19,506 nt of DNA from a bacterium (lineage in GTDB: Bacteria > Sysuimicrobiota > Sysuimicrobiia > Sysuimicrobiales > Humicultoraceae): the NCBI GenBank assembly GCA_041497675.1, contig JBGQGY010000070.1:1-19506 (forward strand), in the 5' to 3' direction. Every line of letters starts with the position of its first letter. The stretch's first letter is position 1. Below the pieces are notes generated by a model. That model worked only from the letters and a program-made list of their open reading frames with translations, had not been told where the DNA came from and did no database searches. A program made the position numbers and the translations under genes. Below, in pieces: positions 8,693 to 16,497 of this stretch.

Positions 8693-9637
8693 ATGCACGG
8701 CTATGTGCTACGCCGGATGGGGAGTGTCGTGCCGGTGCTGTTTCTGTCCTCCATCCTGGTGTTTTTACTGATTTATCTGATTCCCGGGGACCCGGTGCTC
8801 GCGGTGCTGCCGCCGGATCCCAGACCCGAGCAGATCGAGGCCACCCGCAGGTACTACGGGTTCGACCGGCCGCTCGTCGAGCAGTACACCCGCTGGCTCT
8901 TGCGTGCGGCCAGAGGGGACCTGGGCCAGTCGATCTCAAAGGGCGTGGCCGTTGGCCGGCTGCTCCGCGAGAGCTTTGGCGTCACCGTCCAGCTGGCCGC
9001 GAGCGCGTTCCTGCTCGCACTCGTGATCGCGCTTCCTCTGGGCATCGCAGCGGGCCTGCGACCGCACGGCCGTCTGGCAACCTTCCTCAGCTTTTACGCG
9101 ACGATGGGCTTGGCGGTCCCCGCGTTTTGGGTGGGGATCTTGCTCATCCTGGCGTTCGGCGTCTGGCTGCACGTGCTTCCGACGTCGGGCTTCAGAGGGG
9201 TGCTGCGTGACCCGGTCCAGGCCGTGCGCTTTCTCATCTTGCCGGCCGTGACCCTGAGCTTGTCGCAGTCGGCCGTGCTCGCGAGTTTCCTCCGCTACTC
9301 GGTGCAGGCCGTCACGGGCGCCGACTACGTGACCGCCGCGGTGGCGAGCGGGCTTCCTCGGCGGGTGATCCTGTTCAAGGTCATCCTCAAGAACGCGCTC
9401 ATCCCCGTGGTGACGGTGGCCGCCCTTCAGCTTGGTCACATGCTGGGCGGGACAGTGGTCGTCGAGAGCGTGTTCAGCATCCCGGGCCTGGGACGACTTT
9501 TGGTCGACTCGATTGCCGGCCGCGACTACCCGGTCATTCAGGGCGCGCTGCTCTTGATTCTCAGCGTGTTCATCCTCCTCAACTTTGCGACCGACCTGCT
9601 CTACTCGTGGCTCGACCCAAGGATCCGCGTCCATTGA
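8693..9637 (+). CDS. ABC transporter permease (OppB/DppB-like)
   Basis: Motifs LIPGDP, GFDRPL..QY, GDLGQS, LILPA, EAA-like DYVTAAVASGLP, LKNALIP, VESVFSIPGLG, RDYPVIQG, DLLYSWLDPRI. Confidence 0.95.
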   Translation: MHGYVLRRMGSVVPVLFLSSILVFLLIYLIPGDPVLAVLPPDPRPEQIEATRRYYGFDRPLVEQYTRWLLRAARGDLGQSISKGVAVGRLLRESFGVTVQLAASAFLLALVIALPLGIAAGLRPHGRLATFLSFYATMGLAVPAFWVGILLILAFGVWLHVLPTSGFRGVLRDPVQAVRFLILPAVTLSLSQSAVLASFLRYSVQAVTGADYVTAAVASGLPRRVILFKVILKNALIPVVTVAALQLGHMLGGTVVVESVFSIPGLGRLLVDSIAGRDYPVIQGALLLILSVFILLNFATDLLYSWLDPRIRVH

Positions 9638-10437
9638 CGGGGCTGCCGTCCGGCCGCGTCAGCCGGGGCATGAGCCTGGTGGTCCTGGTCGCGTTCGTTC
9701 TGCTGGCGGCATTTCCCGGGGTCATCTCGCCGTTTGATCCGGTGGCGCAGGACATCCCCCACCGGCTGCAGTACCCGTCGACGGGACACGTATTTGGGAC
9801 CGATGAATTGGGTCGTGATATCTTCAGCCGGATGGTGTACGGAGCGCGCGTGTCGCTCGGTACGGCGTTCGTGGCGGTGGTGTTGAGCCTGGCGGCGGGC
9901 GTGCCGCTTGGGCTGTTAAGCGGCTATGTGGGTGGGGCGCTCGACGAGGTGATCTCTCGTCTGACAGACGTCGTCCTCGCGCTGCCCGCGATTCTGGTGG
10001 CCATGACGATCATCGCCATCACCGGACGCAACCCGTTGATGGTGGCCGTCGTGATCGGCATCGTCTATATGCCCGCGCTGATCCGCATCACCCGGTCGGT
10101 GGCGCTGAAAATCCGTGTGCTGCCGTACGTCGCCGCGGTCCGGACGGCGGGGGCGTCCGACGCCTACGTCATGTTTCGGACGATCCTGCCGAACTCGCTC
10201 AACGAGATCTACGTGCAAATGCTGCTCATCGCCTCACAGGCCATCGTCATCGAGGCGAGTCTCAGCTTTCTCGGGCTCGGGATCGCCCCACCGGCGCCAT
10301 CATGGGGCGCGATGCTGCAGACGGGCCGGTCGTATCTCCACGCGATGCCCTGGTACGGTGTCTTCCCCGGCCTGTGCATCGTCGCGCTGGTCCTCTCGCT
10401 GCAGTTGCTGGCCGGCGACGTGCGACGGAGGCTCTGA
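9634..10437 (+). CDS. ABC transporter permease (OppC/DppC-like)
   Basis: Motifs HVFGTDELGRDIFSRMVYGARVSL, YV.A....GAS, ILPN, EASLSFLGLG, PSWG. Start is likely TTG 9634 (TTGA overlap, AAGGA upstream); ATG 9670 is an alternative. Confidence 0.94.
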   Translation: MTGLPSGRVSRGMSLVVLVAFVLLAAFPGVISPFDPVAQDIPHRLQYPSTGHVFGTDELGRDIFSRMVYGARVSLGTAFVAVVLSLAAGVPLGLLSGYVGGALDEVISRLTDVVLALPAILVAMTIIAITGRNPLMVAVVIGIVYMPALIRITRSVALKIRVLPYVAAVRTAGASDAYVMFRTILPNSLNEIYVQMLLIASQAIVIEASLSFLGLGIAPPAPSWGAMLQTGRSYLHAMPWYGVFPGLCIVALVLSLQLLAGDVRRRL

Positions 10438-10439
10438 AC

Positions 10440-11432
10440 ATGCACCCGGGTCCGTTGCTGGCCGTCGAGAGCCTCCGCACTGAGTTTCTAGGCCCCCACG
10501 GCGTCCTGGCCGCCGTGAACGGCGTGTCGTTTACGATCGGGCGAGGAGAAGCCGTGGGCATGGTTGGGGAATCCGGCTGCGGGAAGACGATGACGGCGCG
10601 CTCGATTCTGCGGATCCTCCCGCCGGCCGGGAGAATCGCCGGTGGCCGGGTTGTGCTCGATGGTCGGAACCTGCTGGCCTTGAGCGAGGCCGAGATGGCC
10701 GGGATCCGCGGGCGACGAATCGCTATGATCTTCCAGGAGCCGGGTGCCGCGCTCAATCCTGTGGTCACTGTCGGCGAGCAGATCGTCGACGTGCTCCGCG
10801 CGCACCACGGGCTGAGCCGGGGCGAGGCGCGCGCGCGGGCCGTTGGGCTGCTCCGCGATGTCGGTATTCCCGAGCCGGCCACGCGGCTCGCGGCCTTTCC
10901 GCATCAACTGAGCGGGGGGACCCAGCAGCGGGTCGCGATCGCCATCGCGCTCGCGTGCGAACCGCACCTGCTCATCGCCGACGAGCCGACAACGGCGCTC
11001 GACGTCACCATCCAGGCCCAGATTCTCGAGCTCCTGCGGCGGCTCACGAGTGAAAAGGGACTCGGGCTCCTATTCATCACGCACAACATCGGCGCCGTAG
11101 CGCAGATCGCCGACCGGATCATCGTGATGTACGCCGGCCGCGTTGTCGAGGATGGGCCGGTAGACGCGGTGATTGATACTCCCCAACATCCGTACACGCG
11201 CGCCCTGCTTCGCGCCATGCCCACGATGGCGGCCCGGCGTGAGGAGCGGCTGCTGGAAATCGAGGGACAGGTGCCCGATCTCGCCGGGCTCCCGTCGGGA
11301 TGCGCCTTCCACCCGCGCTGCCCGTCCGTCATGCCCCACTGCAGGATACAAGAGCCGGTTCTGCGCGAAACTGAACTGGGGCGCCGAGTGGCGTGCTGGC
11401 TCTACGACGAAGCCCCGGCGAGGCCCACATGA
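10440..11432 (+). CDS. ABC transporter ATP-binding protein (OppD/DppD-like)
   Basis: Walker A GESGCGKT, signature LSGG, Walker B IADEPTTALD, H-loop ITHN, HPYT, and C-terminal GCAFHPRC..C..VAC motif. GGAGG precedes ATG 10440. Confidence 0.95.
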   Translation: MHPGPLLAVESLRTEFLGPHGVLAAVNGVSFTIGRGEAVGMVGESGCGKTMTARSILRILPPAGRIAGGRVVLDGRNLLALSEAEMAGIRGRRIAMIFQEPGAALNPVVTVGEQIVDVLRAHHGLSRGEARARAVGLLRDVGIPEPATRLAAFPHQLSGGTQQRVAIAIALACEPHLLIADEPTTALDVTIQAQILELLRRLTSEKGLGLLFITHNIGAVAQIADRIIVMYAGRVVEDGPVDAVIDTPQHPYTRALLRAMPTMAARREERLLEIEGQVPDLAGLPSGCAFHPRCPSVMPHCRIQEPVLRETELGRRVACWLYDEAPARPT

Positions 11433-12442
11433 CCGGCGTCGAGTCCCTGCTGGAGGTCCGCGACCTCCGGAAATACTTCCCGGTGGGGCGGTGGCGCCCG
11501 GGCGGGCGTCAGCCCAACGTGCGGGCCGTCGATGGCGTGAGCTTCGCGATCCCAAACGGCGGCACGCTTGGCCTTGTGGGGGAGAGCGCGTGCGGCAAGA
11601 CGACGACTGGATGGATGATCGCCCGCCTGCTCGATCCAACCGGAGGCGCGATCGTCTTCAGCGGTCAGGATATCACCCGGCTGCGCGGGCAGGCGCTGAG
11701 GCGCTTCCGGCCCAACATACAGGTGATCTTCCAGGATCCGTACACGTCGCTCAACCCGCGGCTGTCGGTCAGCCAGATCGTTGCGGAGCCGCTCCGCATT
11801 AATCACCGGGGCACGGCGTCGGAGGTCGGTCGCAGGGTGGACGCGCTCCTTGACGCCGTGGGATTGCCGGCCGAGGCCGCGCGCCGACTGCCCCAGGAGT
11901 TCAGCGGCGGGCAGCGGCAGCGCATCGCGATCGCCCGGGCCTTGGCACTCGAGCCCAGGCTGATCATCTGTGACGAGCCGGTCTCCGCGCTCGACATGTC
12001 CGTGCAGGCCAAGATCCTCAACCTCCTTCGGGACCTGCAACGGCGGCTCGGTGTCAGCTATCTCTTCATCTCGCACGACCTCAGTGTCGTCCGGATCGTC
12101 TCGGATGTCGTCGCCGTGATGTATTTGGGCCGGATCGTGGAGAGTGGGCCCGCCGACGCCGTATTCGCCGATCCGCGACACCCCTACACGCAGGCGTTGA
12201 TGGCCGCGGTCCCAGACCCTTACCGTCGGACCGGTGTCACCGCTCTCCCCGGTGAGGTGCCGAGCAACATCACCCCGCCACGCGGCTGTCGCTTTGCTCC
12301 GCGCTGTTCGGCGCGGATGGCGATCTGCGAGGCGAGCCCACCGGCTCTTCACGAGGTGGAATCGGGACGCCGCGTCGCCTGTTTCCTCCATCATTCACTG
12401 ACCGACGAGACTGCCTCGGTCGAAAAGGAGAGCGCCGCGTGA
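11429..12442 (+). CDS. ABC transporter ATP-binding protein (OppF/DppF-like)
   Basis: Motifs GESACGKTT, FQDPY, FSGGQRQR, CDEPVSALD, ISHDL, HPYT, GCRFAPRC..VAC. ATGA overlap at 11429-11432. Confidence 0.95.
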   Translation: MTGVESLLEVRDLRKYFPVGRWRPGGRQPNVRAVDGVSFAIPNGGTLGLVGESACGKTTTGWMIARLLDPTGGAIVFSGQDITRLRGQALRRFRPNIQVIFQDPYTSLNPRLSVSQIVAEPLRINHRGTASEVGRRVDALLDAVGLPAEAARRLPQEFSGGQRQRIAIARALALEPRLIICDEPVSALDMSVQAKILNLLRDLQRRLGVSYLFISHDLSVVRIVSDVVAVMYLGRIVESGPADAVFADPRHPYTQALMAAVPDPYRRTGVTALPGEVPSNITPPRGCRFAPRCSARMAICEASPPALHEVESGRRVACFLHHSLTDETASVEKESAA

Positions 12443-13611
12443 CGATCACGGACCTGAAGACCTTCGTCGTCAATCCAGGCCACCGCGTGTCATTTGGGAC
12501 CGGGTGGGGCAAGAACTGGATCTTCGTCAAGCTCTACACCGATCAAGGCCTCGAGGGCGTCGGGGAGGCGTTCTCGACCGGGCAGGATCTCGCCACGGTG
12601 GAGGTGCTCGAGGGGTTCAAACGGTGGCTCGTCGGCCGCGACCCCACGCGCGTGATTCACCACTGGCAGGCCCTGCATCGCTCGGCGCGATACCCGATGG
12701 GCACGGCGTCGATGGCCGCCCTCAGCGCCGTGGAGGTCGCCTTGTGGGACCTGACCGGCAAGGTGTTCGGGGCGCCCATCTACCGCCTGCTTGGCGGTCC
12801 GTGCCGCGATCGCGTCCGTGTGTACGCCGGCGGTCTGCTGGTGCCGGGCGCCGACGATCAAGTGGCAGCCGCCCGCGCGCTCGTGCAGGGTGGGTTTGGG
12901 GCCATCAAGTTTTGGCCGCAGCCGTTGAGGTATGCGGGTGAGAGCGGAGCGGCGCTCGTCGAGCACGCCGTGGGTCTGACGCGGGCCCTCCGGGATGCCG
13001 TCGGAGAGAGCGTGGACCTCTGCATCGACTATCATGGCCGCAGCTTTAGCCCGGCCGAAGCGCTCCAGACCATCAAAGCCTTGGAAGGATTTCATCTGCT
13101 GTTTCTGGAGGAGCCGACGCTCTACGACAATGTCGACGCGCTGGCCGAACTGAAGGCCAAGACCACCATCCCGATCGCGGCGGGCGAGAAGATCGTCGGT
13201 CGGGCCCAGTGGCGCGAGCTGATCGCCCGGCGCGCTGTTGACATCATCCAGCCCGACCCCGTCGTGTGTGGCGGCATCACAGAGACGCTCAAGATCGCGG
13301 CCATGGCAGAGGCATATCAGATCCTCTTGGCGCCACACCACGCATCGGGCCCGGTCGCCATGGCGGCGTGCGCACACATTGCCGCGTGTGCGCCGAACTT
13401 CCTGATCCAGGAATTCGGAGTGATCGATTCTGAGTGCGCCCGGGCAATCGTCCCTGACCCACTGCGACTTCGCGACGGGTTTCTCGATTTGCCCGAGAAA
13501 CCCGGGCTGGGGATCGAGTTCAACGAAGAGGCGGCGGGGGCGTATCCGTATCGTCCTTTCGATCGGCCCGTCGTCATCGATCGGAGGGATGGATCGGTTG
13601 GACTCGAGTAG
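12439..13611 (+). CDS. Mandelate racemase family protein, D-galactonate dehydratase (DgoD)-like
   Basis: Motifs WIFVKLYTD, ALWDL.GK, LGGPCRDRVRVY, DYHGR, FLEEP, PIAAGE, IQPD..CGGITE..KIAAMAEAY, APH, IQE resemble DgoD. GTGA overlap, with AAGGAG RBS upstream. Confidence 0.9.
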   Translation: MTITDLKTFVVNPGHRVSFGTGWGKNWIFVKLYTDQGLEGVGEAFSTGQDLATVEVLEGFKRWLVGRDPTRVIHHWQALHRSARYPMGTASMAALSAVEVALWDLTGKVFGAPIYRLLGGPCRDRVRVYAGGLLVPGADDQVAAARALVQGGFGAIKFWPQPLRYAGESGAALVEHAVGLTRALRDAVGESVDLCIDYHGRSFSPAEALQTIKALEGFHLLFLEEPTLYDNVDALAELKAKTTIPIAAGEKIVGRAQWRELIARRAVDIIQPDPVVCGGITETLKIAAMAEAYQILLAPHHASGPVAMAACAHIAACAPNFLIQEFGVIDSECARAIVPDPLRLRDGFLDLPEKPGLGIEFNEEAAGAYPYRPFDRPVVIDRRDGSVGLE

Positions 13612-14599
13612 CGTTCGTCGATTCGTCGTCGTTGGCGCGGGCGGCGTCGGCAGTGTGCTGGCCGGGTTTCTAGCGCGGGCGGGTGTGCCCGTGGTGATCG
13701 TGGCCCGTCGCGCCCATGTGCAGGCCGTGAACGAGCGCGGGCTGCAGGTGGTAGGAGAGGGTGGAGCGACGTGGACGGTCCCGCTCCGCGCGGAGACCAC
13801 CGTCGCCGATTGCGGGTTGCGGTCGGACGACGTCGTGATGTGCACCGCCAAGTCCTATGATACGCACGCCATCGTCGAGAGTGTTGCGGCCGCGCTCCCG
13901 TCCGGACCGGCGGCGTTCGTGTGCGCGCAAAACGGAGTACGGAACGAAGCGGTCGCGGCGGCGCGTCTGCCCCGCGTCTACGGCGCGATGGCGCGGTTCC
14001 GGGGCCGCCTCCTGGAACCCGGCCGCGTGTACGCCCCCGGGACACACCACCTAACCTTTGGCCGGTACCCGGACGGGACGGACGACCTGATCGACGAGGT
14101 TGCCCGCCGCTGCGCCGGGGCGGGCATCGGCGCCACGACGACGCCTGATGTGATGCGACTCAAGTGGTCCAAGCTGGTGGCCAACTGCGCCAACGCCGTC
14201 TACGCTGTGGCCAACGTCCAGGTCGACCAGGTATGGGGCGACGCCGCGTTGGGGCTCCTGGTGAATCGCATCTGGGCTGAGGCGGAGTCCGTCCTACGTG
14301 CCGCCGGCATCGCGTTCGAGCCGGTCCCGCCGGTCCCGCCGCCCAGCGCGTCGGCGCCCCGCCGAGGACCCGGTACGATCGAGTTCTATGGGTCGACCTG
14401 GGACGACCTCGCGCAGCGAAAAGGCCGGACCGAGGTTGACTGGTTCAACGGCGAGATCGTCCGGCTGGGGCGGGACACCGGGCGACCGACCCCGCTCAAT
14501 GCGCTGCTGCTCCGAGCATGTACTGAGATGACCGCGCAGCGCGCGGATCCGGGGCGCTTCACCGTCGCGCAGTTGCTCGCGATGGCAGACGGCAATTGA
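13589..14599 (+). CDS. Ketopantoate reductase (PanE/ApbA) family 2-keto-acid reductase
   Basis: Motifs VVGAGGVG, TAKSYD, AQNG, KWSKLVANCAN, GSTWDD, TEVDWFNGEIV, PTPLN. TTG 13598 is an alternative start that is better spaced from GGAGG. Confidence 0.88.
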   Translation: MDRLDSSSVRRFVVVGAGGVGSVLAGFLARAGVPVVIVARRAHVQAVNERGLQVVGEGGATWTVPLRAETTVADCGLRSDDVVMCTAKSYDTHAIVESVAAALPSGPAAFVCAQNGVRNEAVAAARLPRVYGAMARFRGRLLEPGRVYAPGTHHLTFGRYPDGTDDLIDEVARRCAGAGIGATTTPDVMRLKWSKLVANCANAVYAVANVQVDQVWGDAALGLLVNRIWAEAESVLRAAGIAFEPVPPVPPPSASAPRRGPGTIEFYGSTWDDLAQRKGRTEVDWFNGEIVRLGRDTGRPTPLNALLLRACTEMTAQRADPGRFTVAQLLAMADGN

Positions 14600-14623
14600 C
14601 ACGCTGTGTCCCCGTGTTAGAGT
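14596..14623 (+). promoter_or_regulatory. Sigma70-type internal promoter for the lyase/aldolase/isomerase genes
   Basis: TTGACA (14596-14601, overlapping the upstream TGA stop), 16-nt spacer, extended -10 TGtTAGAGT (hexamer 14618-14623). Both hexamers are identical to those of the 7006 promoter. Confidence 0.72.
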
Positions 14624-14624
14624 T

Positions 14625-14647
14625 GGTGTAAAAGTGTATTGCACAGT
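14625..14647. promoter_or_regulatory. Putative repressor operator, site 2 (GGTGTAAAA-GTGTA-TTGCACAGT)
   Basis: AAGTGTATTGCACAGTT (14632-14648) matches AAGTGTATTGCATAGTT (7045-7061) at 16/17 positions and has almost the same position relative to the -10. Confidence 0.72.
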
Positions 14648-14685
14648 TGCTCCCACTAGCAGCGATGCCAAAGGAGACCGCATCC

Positions 14686-15639
14686 ATGTCTGTGACAACC
14701 GCTGAACTCCGCGATCGGCTTCGCGGCCCGGTCGTGGCCATGACGACACCGTTCAACCGGGACCTCTCCCTCGACCTCGGCGGCCTGCGACGCCTGACCG
14801 AGTTCTACGTGGAGTCCGGCATCCGGACGGTCATCGCCGCCGGCAGCACCGGCGAGTTTGCCGCGTTGTCTGATGACGAGCGCCGCCAGGTCATTCAAAC
14901 GGTCGTGGAGCACGGTAGGGGACGGGTGACGGTGGTCGCCGGATGCGCGCATTCCGGAACGAAGCTCACCAGCGACCTGGTGCGATTCGCTGAGGAGATC
15001 GGCGCGGACGGGGCGATGATCACGCCGCCGTACTATGGCTTCGATGGCACCGACGGATTGCGCCGTCACTTCGAGCTGATCGCCGAGGCGTCGCCGCTCC
15101 CCGTGGTGATCTATTTCAGCGGGGCGGTGCTGAGCAAGGTCACCAACATCATCGCCGATCCGCGGCTGCTCTACCGGTTGTGCGAGGTGCCCACGATCGC
15201 CGGGTTCAAGGATGCGACCGGCAACTGGGCGTTCCACCGTGACATCGCCCTGGCCCTCAAAGGACGCGTAGCTGTGATGGGGAGCGCGGGCATGAACCAC
15301 TACCTCTGGGGGCACATCTTTGGCGCTCCGTGTTTCCTCACCGGGTTGGGGAACATCTGGCCCAAGGTGGAGCTGGAATTCTACCAGGCGCTCGAACGCG
15401 GCGATCGCGTCACCGCGGAGCGCATCGCCATCGAGCAGGACGTCCCGTATCTTCGCGCGGCGACCAAGCACAACTACTTTGCGGCGGTCAAGGTGCTGCT
15501 TGACGCGGCCGGGCTTCCGGGCGGCCCGGTGCGGCCCCCGCTGCTTGATTGGCCAGAGCAATCAGCGGAGGGGCTGCGCCAGGCCATGGTGGGCATCGGC
15601 GTGCTGCCCCCACGTACCGCGTCCGCTCGGAGGGGCTGA
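14686..15639 (+). CDS. Dihydrodipicolinate synthase/N-acetylneuraminate lyase family protein (probable 2-keto-3-deoxy sugar-acid aldolase or dehydratase)
   Basis: Motifs AMTTPF, AGSTGEF..LS..ER, VVAG, GADG, TPPYY, VIY, FKDA (Schiff-base Lys), GPVRPPL. AAGGAG lies 9 nt before ATG 14686. Confidence 0.9.
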   Translation: MSVTTAELRDRLRGPVVAMTTPFNRDLSLDLGGLRRLTEFYVESGIRTVIAAGSTGEFAALSDDERRQVIQTVVEHGRGRVTVVAGCAHSGTKLTSDLVRFAEEIGADGAMITPPYYGFDGTDGLRRHFELIAEASPLPVVIYFSGAVLSKVTNIIADPRLLYRLCEVPTIAGFKDATGNWAFHRDIALALKGRVAVMGSAGMNHYLWGHIFGAPCFLTGLGNIWPKVELEFYQALERGDRVTAERIAIEQDVPYLRAATKHNYFAAVKVLLDAAGLPGGPVRPPLLDWPEQSAEGLRQAMVGIGVLPPRTASARRG

Positions 15640-15663
15640 ACCGCCACACACATTGAAGGGGAG

Positions 15664-16497
15664 ATGCTGACGGTGGGTCCGCGTCTAGGCCGGCTGCTTG
15701 GCAGCGACAACCGATGTGTCAACGTCGCCGTCGACCACGGATTGTTCAACGAGCGGGTGTTCCTGACCGACATCGAGGACATGCCACGTGTGGTCCACTC
15801 TATCGCGACCGCCGATCCCGATGCCATCCAGCTCACGCCGGGACTGGCGCATCTGCTGCAAACCATCCCCGGGCGCAGGAGGCCCGCGTTGGTCCTGCGG
15901 ACCGATGTGGCCAACGTGTACGGCAACTCGCTGCCGCGCGTGTTGTTCAGCCGCGTGCTCGATCACGCGGTGGAGCGCGCCGTCCGGCTGGACGCTGCGG
16001 GCGTCGTCGTCAACTTGCTGTGGCTGCCGGATCAGCCGGAGCTTCACGAGCAGTGCGTGGCCAACGTGGCACGGCTGCGCGCCGCGTGTGATCGCTACGC
16101 GATGCCCCTGATGGTCGAACCCCTGGTGATGCGCCCCAACCGTGAGGGGGGTGGGTACATGGTCGACGGCAACCTCGATAGGATCATGACCCTCGTGCGG
16201 CAGGCCGTTGAACTCGGTGCGGACGTGGTGAAGGCCGACCCGTGCGACGATCCCTCCCAGTACCATCAGGTGATCCGGATCGCCTGCGGCAGGCCGGTGC
16301 TGGTGCGCGGCGGCGGGAAGGTGCCGGACCTCGAGATCCTCACCCGGACATGGGAAGTCATGAAGCAGGGCGCGGCCGGCGTCGTGTACGGTCGGAACAT
16401 CATTCAGCACGCCCACCCGGCTGGGATGGTGCGCGCGCTGATGGCCATCGTGCATGAGACGGCAACCCCGGAGCAGGCCCTTCGCCTGCTGGGGTGA
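15664..16497 (+). CDS. Class I aldolase, DhnA/LsrF/FbaB-like family
   Basis: Motifs AVDHG, AVRLDA, PLMVEP, ELGADVVK (Schiff-base Lys), VLVRGG, GAAGVVYGRNI.QH. Confidence 0.88.
   Translation: MLTVGPRLGRLLGSDNRCVNVAVDHGLFNERVFLTDIEDMPRVVHSIATADPDAIQLTPGLAHLLQTIPGRRRPALVLRTDVANVYGNSLPRVLFSRVLDHAVERAVRLDAAGVVVNLLWLPDQPELHEQCVANVARLRAACDRYAMPLMVEPLVMRPNREGGGYMVDGNLDRIMTLVRQAVELGADVVKADPCDDPSQYHQVIRIACGRPVLVRGGGKVPDLEILTRTWEVMKQGAAGVVYGRNIIQHAHPAGMVRALMAIVHETATPEQALRLLG

Noticed and set aside
10302..10439. Upstream extensions of ORF-track calls (also 4790-4834, 11393-11428, 14647-14685)
   Set aside because: They overlap neighbouring genes or the operator. Downstream ATGs have a better RBS or stop/start coupling.
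11581..11607. Walker A variant GESACGKTT in the second ATPase
   Set aside because: The change is at a variable position of GxxxxGKT and all catalytic motifs are intact, so there is no sign of inactivation.
12490..13851. Long antisense ORF (453 aa), and similar ones at 6075-7037, 6862-7938, 11402-12394, 14656-15561, 15685-16530 and 17692-18780
   Set aside because: These are mirror frames of well-supported genes, expected in high-GC DNA, with no recognisable motifs or RBS.
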